This document shows, one piece after another, positions 38,735 through 52,431 of a DNA stretch of 64,000 bases; within the stretch, counting starts at the first letter, position 1; every line of letters starts with the position of its first letter. The DNA comes from Entomortierella parvispora E1425 (lineage: Eukaryota > Fungi > Mortierellomycota), in assembly GCA_020891255.1 (NCBI GenBank), contig BQFW01000013.1, positions 1,364,001-1,428,000 of the forward strand, given 5' to 3'. Below the pieces are notes generated by a model. The model was given only the letters and a program-made list of their open reading frames with translations. It made no database searches and was not told where the DNA came from. The translations under genes were made by a program, and so were the position numbers.

Positions 38735-41700
38735 CTACTTCCCCCACATCCTGGCCCAACCCCATTTCGCCCTCTTCTCCCTGTTCTGGTCCTGGATGTC
38801 GCTTATCGGAGATGGTCGGGCGTGTGAATGACTGACCCTAGAATCTATGATCATTGGTAGAGACGACGTGGAATGTCCTGCCTCTCTTCCTGTCTCACTG
38901 TCCCCAACACCATAATCCTCCTGCCAACGTCGTCCTCGTAAGATGCGGTCTTTGAAATAGAGGGTTGTAGGTTGCCTTTGCTTGGATGATTTCGGAGGAC
39001 GAGATGAATCGTAGAAAGAACTTTCTTGACATTGCAGTTTCAATTGGTGGTGGTGGTGGGAGCCGACATGCTGCTGTTGTTGCTGTTGCTGTTCAAGATG
39101 TTCTTGGAGCGTTCGGAAAGGATCCGACGCATCGTCGCTGCCTTCATCGGTAGTATCATCCCCATTATCACCATCGCTTGCTTCCTCGCTCCCTTCCAAA
39201 ACCGATCTCACTCTCTGAACACAACGACGAGACGGTGGCGGCGGCGGTCCACGCCTCTGGCGACTCGAAGGCGCCACAAATCCACTGGAATCACTCCCAA
39301 TCATGTTCAAACGAGTGATAGAATCAACGGCACTCGCTATGGACGCCGGAGAACTTGAAAGGATATCGACGGATCCCATGTTTTGTTTCTGGGGAGGGAG
39401 TGCAAATGCCGTGGTGGATGAAATGTCGACGGAGGACGATACTTTGTTGCCGTTAATTGATCGTTCTGAGCTGGAATCGATGCCATTTCCCTTGCTTTCA
39501 GGTGTTGCGGAAGCAAGCGAGCAAGATGAAGATGTCTGGTCGTAAAAAAACTCTTGAGACCGACTTTTCAGAGATTTCTGGACCGAAGACAGGAATTCCG
39601 GTGACAGCAGAGGTCTTGGGAGTAGTTGCGGTGTCTTGGGCGATAATTTTAGAAGAGGGATGTTCGGTCGGGGTCGAGAGTGTAGAGTTGGTGGTTGAAG
39701 TTCGCATGAAGGAAGACTAGCGGAGCTCGTTGCCAGCTGTGGGTCCTTATTGAGGTCGTCAGTAGAGGGCGTGACGACGGAATACGTTGGTGCAGACAAG
39801 GTAGGCATGGAGGAGAGAAAGGAAGGTCGCTGAAAGACTTTGTAGAAAAGCGGGACCTGAGGTAATGGCTTGTGTACCGTTGCTGTCAAGTCTGATCCTG
39901 CAGACTTTTCAAATGGCGTGTCAGTGACCTGAGATTTACCGTCTGGCCCTACAAGGGCCTGTTCGCTGTCATATTCCTCGAGATGGCTGAGATCAAAATG
40001 AAAACTCACGTAGCCGGATCCACGCCGACTGTTTGCCTGGAACGGCTCAAAGAATGGAATCCTTTCCCTCTCACATTTTGTCGTGCTTCCAGGCGTTTCC
40101 AAAGTCAATGGAGCAGTGGCCGCGGCACTGATGCTTTCACTTCTCGGAACAAGTCCCGTAATGCTCGATTGTAGGAGGTTGAGTGATCTCCCCGACGTTG
40201 GCATATCATTTCCCGAGCGCCATCCGTCATCATATTGTGCCAAGTGAAGATCTGAGCATGAACATGAGGCCGTAGACGTCGGTATAGACTCTTCCACGGA
40301 TGGAAGCCGAGGTGCAGATGCCATCTGTGGGTTCTGGTAAAGTTGTTGTTGAAGAATAGCCCTCCGATGTTGTGTAAGGCGAGTGTGCGACTTCAGTTCT
40401 TCAGGAGGTGCTTCGAGCGACCCCCCGGGCCGCAAATGTAAGAGATAAGGAGTAGCTGGCCCAAGAGAGACCGCCCGACAGGCAGCATGCCGTTCAATTG
40501 CTCGGAGGACCATGGCCGATGGTGCTTTTCCTGGCTTTTTCTCATCACTGCAGGACAATGATACATCGGCGGCAGGGATAGATGGAGCAGGCGGAAGCAA
40601 CAAGTCTTGACGAAAGGACTGCTTCCGATTTTTGTTGACTGGAGCGATCGTAGCTAAAGACGAGCGCCTTGAGGACTTTTTCGAGCTTACAAAGGACATA
40701 ATGGACTGTCGCCTCGACCTGCGGCTAGGAATGTCGGTTTCCCGACTAGCAGTTGCCACTTGTTTTTTAGCACGCTTGTCTCTATTATTGCCCCCAACGG
40801 CTGTGGTCAAGGATAAAAGAGCAGCAGTAAAAAACATTGAGCCACGGTTTCTCTTGCTGGTACGCGCCCTATCGTCTGGGATGGGCCGCACAGTGAACAC
40901 TGGCAGTGGTTCAACGGTGGATAGCGATGACGACAGGAAGTGCGGAAGGACTGGGAGCTCTTTGTGGAGTAGACAGGATAGTCTATCTGTATTATCACTT
41001 CCACCGCAGTAGCAATTGCAGTTCGTCCAAGAGGACCCGGTATTCTCTTCTTCGGGCATGAGATTAACTTGGCCAGACGAAAAAAAGCTAGAGTGATCGC
41101 AGCTTTGTCGTTGTAAGGCCGATGGTAATAGAGAGGGCCCTCGCATTGGAGGCATTTGGTGTGCGCGGGCTCGCTTCTCGTTTGGGGTCCACATCAGAGA
41201 GCTACCTTCAGTCGGTGTTGAAGAGGGTCTTATGACTTTGAGTGGCTGTTCGAATGCAGAAGGTGTGGTTATCGGTTGCCACAGAACATCGTCGGTAGAT
41301 CGGCTTGAGGTGTTCTTGGCATGGCTAGGAAGGTTGACACTGCTCCAGGAAGTCATGACCCTGGCCCATGATGCAAGTAGATGAGGTTTTTTCTTTTCGG
41401 AAGAAAGACCATGAGGCAGCGAAGAAGGTTTCTTCTCTGTCGTTCGAGTTGCAGTAGATGCGGAGGAAATATCCTTCCTTAATATCCTATCGCCTTTGAT
41501 CGGTGAACTTGAAGGTGGTCCTCCATGGACACCCTGCATACTAGTCTCGTCGTTTTCATACAAGTCGTCCTCATCGTCCAGCTGTGCAAAGCCATGGTAT
41601 TTCTTCCAGAACCTGCTGCCATCGCTCTCCACTGTGTTTCTGCTGATCTGACTGTCGCTGTGACTTGAGGATAGGTTGTTGTATAAATATGGCCGTTTTT

Positions 41701-43295
41701 GAAAGAATGAGGAATGTCGAGGCATCGGCAGAGGTCGGGCTACCAGCTTCTGATCAGAGCATGGTGAAAGGGTTGTCTCTTGCACTGAAGATGCTGTCTT
41801 GATCTCTGAGAATCGTTTTGGAACTGCTTTTACTCCCTTGAGTGAGAACGACAGCCTCATGGAAGGTTTTGGTGGCGGTGGAGGAGGGAGCGATGACAAA
41901 ATGGGCGATGATAGAAGCTGAACTGAGAGCGCAGTTTGCCGACTCTTTCTCAAGAATGAGGAAGCAGACAAGGGTGACCATGCAGATGGGTAGGATTTTG
42001 GCGATGGGGGGGTTCCTGCTGAGGTGGCCGCGAGGCGTTGATGGCCTGTGAGTCGGCTTGAGCTCTTTCTGATGTTGTTGGAACTAAGCAGGTGTCGCTC
42101 AAACAATCGACGAGCCCTGCCATCTCCGCGGGTCGAGGACTTTCTGCTGACTGTGCTGTAGTCGGTGCTGTCGCTTGGGTGGTTGTTGTTGGTGGTGTTG
42201 TCGCATGTTGAACTTGATGTCATCCTGTCCTCGTCAGTATCCAGTCCGTTCTTTGAAGTCAATTCAAATTCTGGGCAATATTCAAGGGAGGAGATTGAAA
42301 ATGCCGGCGACCTTTGACTTAGATACAACTTCATTAGTGAAGACTGCGATCTCGTATAGAGAGCCGTAGCCGTCGACAAGACCGTGCCTGGAACAGGTGT
42401 TTGAGATGATGGTGCATCAAAAGGATTGTTGATCAAACGGCCGTCCCGGCGACTGCTCTTTCGACGGCTATGGAGGTGGCGATGTCGGTGGCGTGCCACT
42501 AAAGAAGATTGTCCAGTGACAACCGATCGAAGAGTGGGGTATTCCTCGCCAGTCGAAGGAGGCTCTATTTTTTTCAGAAAAAAGTGTGAATGCTGTGTTA
42601 CATCACCTCATCGAAGATAATCTAGATTGTTCCTTTCGTTTTTACCTTCACAATGGGTCAGAGAGGATATTAGACTGTCCGAACTGCAGTCGTTGCTACT
42701 ATCGTAGCTACCCTTTAGACTACCGGCAGAGTGCTCGATCTCTTCCGAGGATCTCAGAAATAATCTTAATTCTTGAGCGCCAGAGAGCGGTCGCGGAAGT
42801 GCATGCAAGGTATCGATCGCACTTGGCAATGGAGAAAGCGAGAGCGGTGGTTGCGACGCGTGTGGGAAGCATTCCATGATACAACTCTCCAGGAGCTGCA
42901 GACCCGCGCCACCGGACTGAGTTGGAGGCGACGTAACATCGAAAGGAGGTGGCGGAGGAGGGATCTTCACGTTGATTTGTGGTCTAGGTCGGTGGCCATG
43001 CTGTTCAATGCCCTGGCGGCATATCTTTTGTTCTTCACGTACGAATGGGCTTGTATTAAGAACAAATGCTGTTGATTCATGCTCAACTTCTATAACAATA
43101 GGGTAAAGATCTTGTCAGAACACAGGCTTTTTTTGTTTTGTCCAGCCTTGTTTTTGCTCAGCACTGCATACCTTTGATATCGGGCGGTTCCGTTATTTCA
43201 AACTTCACGGTGACTTCGTTGAGGCACTCATCCAGAGGCGGTATCTTGTAGCGTGCAGAGACCTTGGGTTGAGATTGGGCTGGAGCTTCAACCAT
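38735..43295 (-). CDS. Hypothetical Ser/Pro-rich disordered protein, at least 3 exons, ~1465 aa
   Basis: Exons 43172-43295, 42646-43089, 38735-42564 join in frame via 82-nt and 81-nt GT-AG introns, linking ORF-track pieces 42608..42970 and 38735..42499; 5' end uncertain. Confidence 0.7.
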
Positions 43296-44374
43296 TATTG
43301 GAGGCGTTGGTGTTAGATCTTCAAGGACTGTTGCAATCTTGAGGTGCTACTGATCGTCCGAAACAAAAGTCGCAAGGGAAGATGCAGGTGCAGGCTAGAG
43401 CGAAAAGTGGATAGAGAGGCAAAGAGGATGACGGGAATAAGAAAACGGTCAACGTCCTGGAGCACAGGCAGGAAGGGAGGGACAAGAATCCTAGGGAGAA
43501 GAAGGAAAGGATGAAGAAATCAAAGAGCAGGTCTGATGTGAAAGAACACTTGAATGATTTTCAACAGACTTCGATATGATGGCACGGCTTTCCCGCGCTG
43601 TTGTTGAGGGTGCTCCATAGCGAGCAAATGACCACACTTGAGCGCGAGAGATGCTCCTTCTATTTTAAAGGGTCTTCCAACAAGGGGAGGTTCATTGTTT
43701 GACTTTGACGAGGATGAGGCAGACAAAGCCTGGAGATGTGGACCATTTTGCGTCCAGCCTCGTTTCAACTCTGGAAGCGTGTCTCCTGGAAGAGTGGCGA
43801 TGCTCTGCTCTGATCGACACGAGACCTGCAGTGGTGGTGTATCCACGTACTGTACATGTACAGTATACTGCAGTCTATGCTCTGCCAGCATACATACGAG
43901 TCGACTGCCAGTGGGTTCATATCTTCAAGAAAGAAAGACAGAAAGAAAGAAAGACGAGGAACGAAATGCTCACCACGAATGGTCGCCTCTCGACACACGC
44001 ACAAAGGCAAAATTACAGCACGACCAATAGGGACCGCATCCACGCCCTCTTCTCGTGCGAACAAAAACCTTCTTTGGACTCTCGCGGGGACCACTCGCAG
44101 GTGTCCAACGGTCACTTGGATGATGTGCTTGTTTGCTTGCTGCCCACGGCAGAACTCGATGCTCACGCCCTCTTCTTTGCCTCGTTGCTCTCGCTTCTTT
44201 CTTTTTCTTTGCCCACCTCGACTGTATTGTCCCTTCCTTCTTTACTTCTTTTCCCTTTCCTTCTCCTTCTCCTTCTCTTTCTTTCTTTCGTTCTTTTTCC
44301 CTTTTCCCTTTTCCTTTCTTCTTTCCCACAGCCCACCCTCTACCTCTCTCATCCTCTTCCCTTTCACAATAACC

Positions 44375-45901
44375 ATGTCCGACGAAAAGGTCAGCTCCGA
44401 TGCTGGTGCTGCTTCTGCTGCTGCTGCTCCTAGAAAGGGCTTCTCCTTGCCCAGGCTGTCCGCTGGTCAATGGGTCGTGCGTATGATCCCCGCCATGATA
44501 TTTGGCCTCCACTCCTACTCCAAGCGTGGTGCCTTCCAGCCTCCTCTTTGCACAAGTCTCGGTGTTGGCTGCCCCAGGACACCCATCCCTCTCCAGGGTA
44601 TCTTGGAGCGCCCAGAGCACTATGCTCAAGTCGTTCGATACTACTCTCAACTTTTGGCCGAGAATGCAGACCTTGGGGGTACGCTCGCCGTCTTTGTCGA
44701 CGGTACGGCCGTGATCGACATCAATGCAGGCTCCAAGGACCTGGCCCAGACACAAATTTACGACAACAAGACGTTGCAACAGGTTTATTCCTCTGGAAAG
44801 GCGATTGAGGGCGTTGTGATCGCTCGGATGGTCCAGCGGGGCCAATTGAAGTACGAGAGCAAGATTGCGGAATACTGGCCCGAGTTTGCTCAGAATGGCA
44901 AGGAAGAGGTGACCCTGGGAGATCTGATGGTCCACGAGGCTGGTGTCCCCGTTCTGGAAGACATTGAGGGCGAGGAGGAGATGAGCTGGGCAGCCCTGCA
45001 GAACGAGGGGGCATTCTCGGACAGACTGGCGAAACAGCGCCATGTGTTTGATGGCGAGAACAAGCGCGCGTACCATGCCGTTTCCCGCGGCTGGTACTTG
45101 AACGAGATTGTCAAGAGAGCCGACCCGCTCGGTCGCACCATCGGCCAGATTGCTCAACAGGAACTCATGCTCGACTACAAGGATGTTGAGCTCTACTATG
45201 GTGCATTGCCCAATGAATCCGACTGGGAGGACCGACTCTCGCCCATGCACGATTACCCCATGCTCCGCATCGTGGGTCGCGTAATCATCCCTCAGGTATT
45301 CCAGAACTCAAACTTCTTTGGCAACCCAAAGACCCTTCCCTTGCACAAGATTGTCAAGAAGATGATCTATGGCACGTCCTTGACCCGCAAGGTCCTGGCC
45401 CCCAAGTTTGCACCCTTACCCCATTTCTTCCGCACCAAGGATGCCCACGCTGTCGAGTCGACTTCGTTTTCCTTGAAGACCAACGCCCACTCGCTCGCAA
45501 AGATCATGTCCATGATGGCCAACAAAGGTCACTCGATCCACCCCAATGAGGAACCCGACTTGCTCTCGGAGGAGATTTACAACCAGGCTACGGCCTTGCA
45601 CTCTGTCAAGGTGGATGAGGTCACGGGCGAGACCCTGCCTCTTTCCGTGGGTGGATGGGTCAAGACCCGCTCCTTCTATGGAGACGGTCCCCTCAAGGAC
45701 ATTGAGGTTCAGGGATGGGCTGGTGCCGGCGGTTCGATCGTTGTCTGGATTGAGGAGCTCCAGATTGGTTTCGCCTACGTGACCAATGCCTTCAACGCCC
45801 CCGAGACCCTTCTCGGAGACTACAGAGGAAAGATTCTCCTCGACCGCGTCGTCTACGCCAGAAAGGCCGAACTCGGTCTTTTGCCTGCCAAGAAGGAGTA
45901 A
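44375..45901 (+). CDS. Beta-lactamase/transpeptidase-fold serine hydrolase (class C / AmpC-like family), intronless, 508 aa
   Basis: SxxK (YSSGK), IAEYWPEFAQNGKEEVTLGDLMVHEAG, YHA, GWAGAGGS; ATG at 44375 in accATG context. Confidence 0.9.
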   Translation: MSDEKVSSDAGAASAAAAPRKGFSLPRLSAGQWVVRMIPAMIFGLHSYSKRGAFQPPLCTSLGVGCPRTPIPLQGILERPEHYAQVVRYYSQLLAENADLGGTLAVFVDGTAVIDINAGSKDLAQTQIYDNKTLQQVYSSGKAIEGVVIARMVQRGQLKYESKIAEYWPEFAQNGKEEVTLGDLMVHEAGVPVLEDIEGEEEMSWAALQNEGAFSDRLAKQRHVFDGENKRAYHAVSRGWYLNEIVKRADPLGRTIGQIAQQELMLDYKDVELYYGALPNESDWEDRLSPMHDYPMLRIVGRVIIPQVFQNSNFFGNPKTLPLHKIVKKMIYGTSLTRKVLAPKFAPLPHFFRTKDAHAVESTSFSLKTNAHSLAKIMSMMANKGHSIHPNEEPDLLSEEIYNQATALHSVKVDEVTGETLPLSVGGWVKTRSFYGDGPLKDIEVQGWAGAGGSIVVWIEELQIGFAYVTNAFNAPETLLGDYRGKILLDRVVYARKAELGLLPAKKE

Positions 45902-46088
45902 AGTCATTGACGTTCTTTTTTCATGTCGCATCACCAAAAAAAAAAAAAAAATACCATAATAAAAAACAGCACATACTTGTATATCAAAAACACTGTCGCC
46001 AAGTAAGGGATGGGCAGAGGGGGGTCTTTCGAGGATTTTGGGTATGAATATGATGATTTATTTTTCTTACTTTTTGAACAAAGATGGT

Positions 46089-47900
46089 TTACTTCTCGAG
46101 CAACTCAATCAATCCCAACTCCATGCGGACTTGATCTCCAGTCAAAGTCTTGGGGTACTTGGCAGCACGAGCCTCCTCAGTGTCAAAGACACCCTCAAGA
46201 GGACGCAAGACATTGTCCGAGGCAATGTGCAAAAAGAAGGTCGAGGAGATGCGCCAGAGAGGACGGTCGTTCGTCTTGTTCTCAATAACCCGCACAGTGG
46301 CCTCGTTGACAATCACCTCATGGTATCCAGCCTGAACAACACCTCCAGTCAACCATTCCAACTGCTTTCCTGCTTGGACCTGTAATGAAAGAAGGATACC
46401 GTTGTCAATTGAGCGAAAAAAAATAATATACACCATGACAAAAGATCATGGGCCTGACCGAGACTCACCAACAAGCAGCCATCGGGAACACGAACGGCAA
46501 GCTTCTCAGCCTCGTTGCGGGGCCAAATGTTCAATCCAGGGTAGCGAGACTTTCCGTGGATGGTCCTGCATTGATTGTCAAAAATGATGCCTCGTTAGAT
46601 GAATCGAAGTACACGCTACAAATTATCATCAGTCCATAATATGATAAACTTACAAAAAGTTGAGGTCATAGTGGAAGCCAGCAAGGACAGTGCCGACCTT
46701 GCCGTACTTGTTCAAGTCACTGGCAGTTGGGGCCAAAAGATGAGGTCCGTATTGAGCCATATCCACAAAGGTGCGCTTGGGCAGACCAAATCCAACAGCA
46801 ATCATTTCAGCGAGACCGAGAACAGCCTTGTGCAGAGTGCTGCCCCAGGTATCCATTGTATTGGCCCATACATCCTTGAAGGCTAATATGAAGAGAGGGC
46901 CCAAAAGAGAAAGTCAGAAGAGTTCTTTTAACCGTAGCTGTCTCTGGGGTGCAATTCACAGAGATGAGTATATTATTACCTTCGGGCACAACAGGCTCGG
47001 CATTCAAGCGAGGGAACTTTGTGGACTCTGGCTGCTCTCCCACGCGCCAGAAGAAGCGCCACTTGGGGTCGGGACCATGGAAGGTCAATGGACGGTTCTT
47101 TTCGGGGATCTAAAAAAAAAAAAAAGGATATTAAACAGTGATCGGACGTCCATTCGTTGGCATCTGGACAATAATAACAAACATGTCCGAACTCCCGCCC
47201 GATCTTTTGTTTCTCCACTCCCACATAAAAGTCGCTCCTTACGTGTTCAATGATGTCGACGCAGTGAGGGTCCTTGGGGCACTTGGGGTCCTCGGTCAAC
47301 TCGGGGGTGACTCCGACCTTCAGGTGGACGAGATTTGGTTAGCCAAGGGTTAAACAGACTGAAGAGAAGGTTATTTGCAACACGTGTGTTAGAGTATTGA
47401 GCAGAGTTATACCTGGTAGCCATACTGGGGTCTGGCATCCTTAAGCTTGACATCGAAGGGCTGGTCAAAGTAATCCTCAATCATGTCGATAAAGTCGTTG
47501 TTCTCCTTCTCTATTGGTGGGATGAACAGTGGCCTCTGTTAGTGAAAAGGTCAGCCGCTGCTTGGTCACTCACAAGGGGGTAGGACGAACCTGTCACGCG
47601 AGGGTCCTTGACGATCAAGGCGCCAAAGTCACGGACAGCATCGGCAGCCTAAATAATGAACGAGGGGAGAGGATTCGAAAGAGGTGGATAGACAAATAAA
47701 GATGTCAGCATTCGAAAGACGGAACAATGATTCGCAGGTTTCCCACGGGGGTAGCAAAAACATTGAATGACAAGGTTAGTTACCCTTTTACATTCAGCAA
47801 TGGCCTCTTCGGAATCAGGACGCTCGAGGTAGAGACCGAGGTCAATGATGGGAAGGAGATCAGTGGTGGCCTGGGCCGAGGTAGTAGGGGTGTGAACCAT
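46089..47900 (-). CDS. 2-oxoglutarate/Fe(II)-dependent oxygenase (IPNS/DAOCS-like fold), multi-exon
   Basis: LPIIDL N-terminus, DPKWRFFWR, HxD (FHYDLNF), distal His (GYHEV), RxS (WRISST); GT-AG introns join the pieces in frame. Confidence 0.88.
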
Positions 47901-48498
47901 AGTCGAAGGGATGAATGTGTGAGTTGAAGAATGGAGAAGAAAGAAAGAAGCGAATGAACAGAGGGGATGGAGAAAAAGACGTCCACGGAATGCCGAGAGG
48001 TGCGGAAATAAGGTCGGTCGTTCGGTCGGTGGCAAACTCAGCCAAAAAGTTCACCCCCTCCTCTTCTCGTTCTTTCCATTCTGGCTTGCATTCTCTGTGT
48101 CCCAGCGTCCGGAGCTCCAATTGCGCATCCAGACGACTGACCCTTCGGACCAACCAAAGAGGACGGAAAATGCGGGGGAGCAGCAGTCCAAGGCAAGGTG
48201 CACCAAGGGAGACCAGCTCCACTTTTTTTTTCTTTCATTCATTGGCGTCGTTACACCGCAGTGAGCGGCAACCACTGTGGGAAAGGTACGAGCGAGGAGT
48301 ATCTTCCCTTTGTGGGAACCTGCCTTGAATTGAACGTATCTTTGATTTTTATTATGTTCGGGGTTCCTCTACGCATTCATTTCTGCTCATTCTTGGTAGT
48401 CGACCGATTCGGGTGTTTGTTGTGTCGCGTCGTCTAGCGTCGCTCAACCTTCTTTGGCCATAGCCGATGCCATCCCGGGCTCATCGCTTTCTTCTTTT

Positions 48499-51400
48499 CT
48501 AGGCTGAAACAGAAGCAACCTTCTGAGCAGCCAGCGTGATCTTGTCTCCGAGAGACAAGGCAATACCCTGGGTCTTGGAGCGAATACGGACGTGTCCAGT
48601 GATGGGGCCATCGCCCTGGCGCTCAATGCTCAAGTTGGCCAAAGCATCCTCTCCAAAGACGGAGCGAGCATACATGTTGGCTGAGAGGAATCCACACTCT
48701 CCAGACAAAGCGGCCTCAGGTGTTAAGCAAGACATGTTGGTCGATTTCATGATATGGTTGAGGTATTGTTGAAGGTCACTATGTGAAATTGGTTCAGGGT
48801 CAATAAAAAATAGGCAATCAATCCTTCGAGATATCCATGGAAAAAAACCAAATCAGTGTCCTTACGTGATGGATGTGTTGACATTGACCTTGTTCTCCCA
48901 CTCAAACTCAAGCCACATGCTTCTGAACTGAGTTTCAGTGCAGAATGCTGGGTTGATATAGTCCATGATGTCGATATGAATGTCGTTCAAAACCACGCAG
49001 TTGCTGTCTCCTGTCGTTGGTCCATCGTACACAATGTTTCCAAAGATCACTCCAGTCTCTGTGGAGGAAACCTTGATGTTGGCCTTGATCGAGTGGAAAG
49101 AGTGAGGGGCAATGGTGTGCTGTCCAGGTCTCTCCACCAACTTCAAGTCACCCAAAGTTGCAAATTCGATGGCCAAGTTCTGGAGGGTATCCGCGGTCTG
49201 GTTCACAATCAGTACATCAAGCATGATATCGAACTGGTGAACGTTGACATAGGCTTCGGCATAAACTGGGTCTGAGAATCCAGTAAGCTGTACAACTCTG
49301 CTCAACTTTGACATGAGATCATCCTTGGAGTCACCAGCACCGGTAGCCCTTGTGAGATCCAGCTCGTATTCGTCAGCCTCATCTCCATGTTTGGCCTTGG
49401 AGAACTGGCGGAATGTGATAAGATCGTCGGCTTGGACACGTGTGTTCTTGTTGTCCTTGGCCTTCTTCTCCTCCTGTCTCTTTTCCTCTGCTTGGACCAT
49501 CTTTCCAAAGACAGCCTTGGTATCTTGCAGGAACACTAGCTTCATAACGGGATCCTGGCTAAACTTCTCCAAGACATGCAAGCATGACATGATACGGTCA
49601 TAAGAGTCCTCGTCAATAGGAGAGTTGACAAATTGAGATTGGCCCACACGGATAATCGAGGTCATAATCAACATAGCCTCGGCACGGAGAGAGTTGAGGC
49701 GACGTTGGTCCTGGCTGACATCGGAATAACGGAGGACCAACTTGGCCAAGGTGGAGGCCAAGGCAGTTCCCAAGTAAAAGTCGCCTCCCAACAACAGCGA
49801 GCGGAGTTGAGGCTTGGCAGCAGCTTTAACGGCATCCAGCTTGGACTGGGCAGAAACAGATGAGGCAAGAGCAGACTCGGTGGCATAGGTTCCATCGGCC
49901 AAGACACGCTTGACGGGAGCAGCGCTCTTGGTTTCAGTCTTTGTCTCCGTATCCTCGTTCTGGGCCTCGTCCAACAGACGCTGTTCTGAAGCCAAGATTG
50001 GGATCTCTCCCAAACCAGCACGAATGTGCTTCCATGCATCCTCGATATCCTGAGTTTCCAAGCAGTACTCTCCAACGATCCAGAGAGCGCCTCGGAAGAC
50101 CTTGGCAGACTTCATTTCGGGGAAGGTCTCCATGAGACGCTCGAGGATAGAAGAGCGAAGAGTGGGGAACTTTTCGACAACCTCACTATTTCATCACCAA
50201 CAAGAATATACTCCGTGTATCAGAATATTTGCACATCCAATTCAGACCAGCAACAAGTTGAAATAATAATAATAAAAAAAAAAGACAAAGCATACCGAAC
50301 AAAGGCAATAACATCGACAGCCGAAGGGTTGTTAGAGTCGCCCAGGAACTCCATCAAAACATGGACCACGCTGGCTGCGACTTCAGAGAATTTGATGGCG
50401 CAGGAGTGGATGGACTGAATCAAAAGCTGGCGGTACTCCATGTTCAATTCATAGTCCTGGTCCAATGTCTTTGAAAGTTCCTTCTTCAAGAATCCAACGA
50501 CCTCATCCACGTTACGGCTCGAAACCATGTCCAGTGCAATGCTGACGGCCTTTCTGCGGACGGCAATATCGGGGCTAGACATATTGAAGCAATACATTAT
50601 TAACAAGAGAGATTCTCTATCGATGCGCTCGAACCAGAAGAGTACATAATATATTCCTTACCTGGAGAGAACGCGGAGAATCTCCATGACCAAGTCATCC
50701 AAAAGCTTCTCGTGCTTCTCACGCAACTCGTTGAATCGGCCCAAAACAATCAGTTTGACATTGTTGTCAGCCTCCTTCACGATGAGCTCGATGTAGCACT
50801 GAGCGGCAGCTATAATGTATAGATATATCGGTCAAATGGTTGTCCTATCCTGTGATACTGGCAATGTAGGTCAACTAAGGTACCTTTGACGGCGGTGGGG
50901 TTGGAGGTAAGGGCGATAAGGGTGGTGGCAGCCTCGTACTTGACAGGGTGAGACTGAGCGTTGAGCAACTCCACGATGCAGCGAATGTACTTTCCCTGTA
51001 ACATGTAAAGGATCCGTTAGATTCATGGTCGCCATATCGCGATTGTCAGTTAAGCCAGGTTGCCCGAAATATACCTTGTTAGCGGCGTTGTTTCTGCAGT
51101 CCTTGCGGATCAAATCTACGACAGCCATCTGAAGGAGTTCATCAAAGTTGGGGACCTGACCGAGGACAGATTCCAAGTATTCAACCGCCAACTCGGGAGC
51201 GCAATTGCAGAGCATGACAAACGCATTGCGCTTGCAGGCCATATCCGCTTCCTAAAAATCCACGTAAAAAAGGACTGTTAACCAAAGGAACAACCAGTAT
51301 GGCAGCTACGATCCAATTAGAAATCTTCCGTCGTCTCTACCTGGAGCAACAATCCGTGAATCAACTCGGGAGCATCTGGGACGAGATAGTCAAAGTGCTT

Positions 51401-52084
51401 ATAGACAGTGTAAATGGCGAAGATGGCGTTCTTGCGGACATATGAGTGGCGATGTTCCTATAAATCCATGGGGTAAGAAGAGTGTGTAAGTGAGTCTGAT
51501 CCAACAATTTGCTGTTTTCATAAATATATCGCAACGGTCGCATCGCGTATTGTCAAACGTACCAAGCAAGCGCGAGCAGATGGCAACAGAGGTTCGAGCA
51601 ACTCGGCCTCACGAAGCTTGCAGAGGAAACGAAGGGTCGAGCCTCGAATATACTCGTTGGGATGCTGAAGATCTCCCATCAGCGCGTTACTATAGTGTGG
51701 CAAGTAGAAAAGTTCATTTTGTCAGTCCGCCTAATCGCATTCACCTCTGGAAACCTGGCGTAAAGAGAGACATCTCACTCACCAGACAAGAATCATCTCC
51801 TGCTTGAGCTTTCCATCGGGGTTGGTCTTTGGGCAGATCTCGAGATAAAAGTGGACGAGCTTCTTGAGCTGCTTGTTCCTGGAGCGCATCACGTTCATGA
51901 TGACGGGCATCAGGAGCGAGTTCAGGGGATCGCCATTGAGCATGGTGAAGATGACCTTCCGCATGGTCTCGATTTTGATCTCATCCGAACCCTTTTCGAT
52001 CCGCTGACGCAGGGTCTCGGGCCTGATCTCCTCATCGGCATCCGACTGATGGATGATGGTGTAGCAAGCATCTGCGGTGCTCAT
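48499..52084 (-). CDS. SEC26: Coatomer subunit beta (beta-COP), multi-exon
   Basis: [85 protein letters not shown]. Confidence 0.97.
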
Positions 52085-52422
52085 GATGGACTAGAGTTGT
52101 GGAGGTGAAGAAGTGGTTGTGTAAATGAAAGAAGAAAGGCAAAAAGTCGAGTCGCGAGGGGAGGATGCAGGGGGGAGAGTCCTAATCCAGGGTGCGAGAG
52201 GGTGTGCGGGCGACGGTGGAATGGATGAATGGATGGATGGAGGGGAGTAGCTAGCGGACGAGCGTGAAGCGTGAGGAAGAGGATGAGGATGGAGCAAGAT
52301 GGGATTTTGCCTTGACTTTCTGCCACCACGCGTTGCATTCCCTCATCATCATCATCTCTCCAGTGCCCAGTCCCCGAGAGGGCGAGAAAGGGACACCTTC
52401 CAGCCCCTCAAGCGAGAAGATT

Positions 52423-52431
52423 GACACGTCA
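52423..52431. promoter_or_regulatory. Candidate bZIP (Hac1/XBP1/CREB-type) site GACACGTCA in the SEC26-SIL1 divergent promoter
   Basis: Matches the ACACGTCA / TGACGTGT consensus; a second GCCACGT site lies at 52505-52511; motif match only. Confidence 0.4.

Noticed and set aside
43970-45250. 426-aa antisense ORF over the hydrolase gene, and similar shadow ORFs over RIO2, beta-COP, SIL1 and the TF genes
   Set aside because: Explained by strong C/G third-position bias on the coding strand; no motifs and no independent start or promoter evidence
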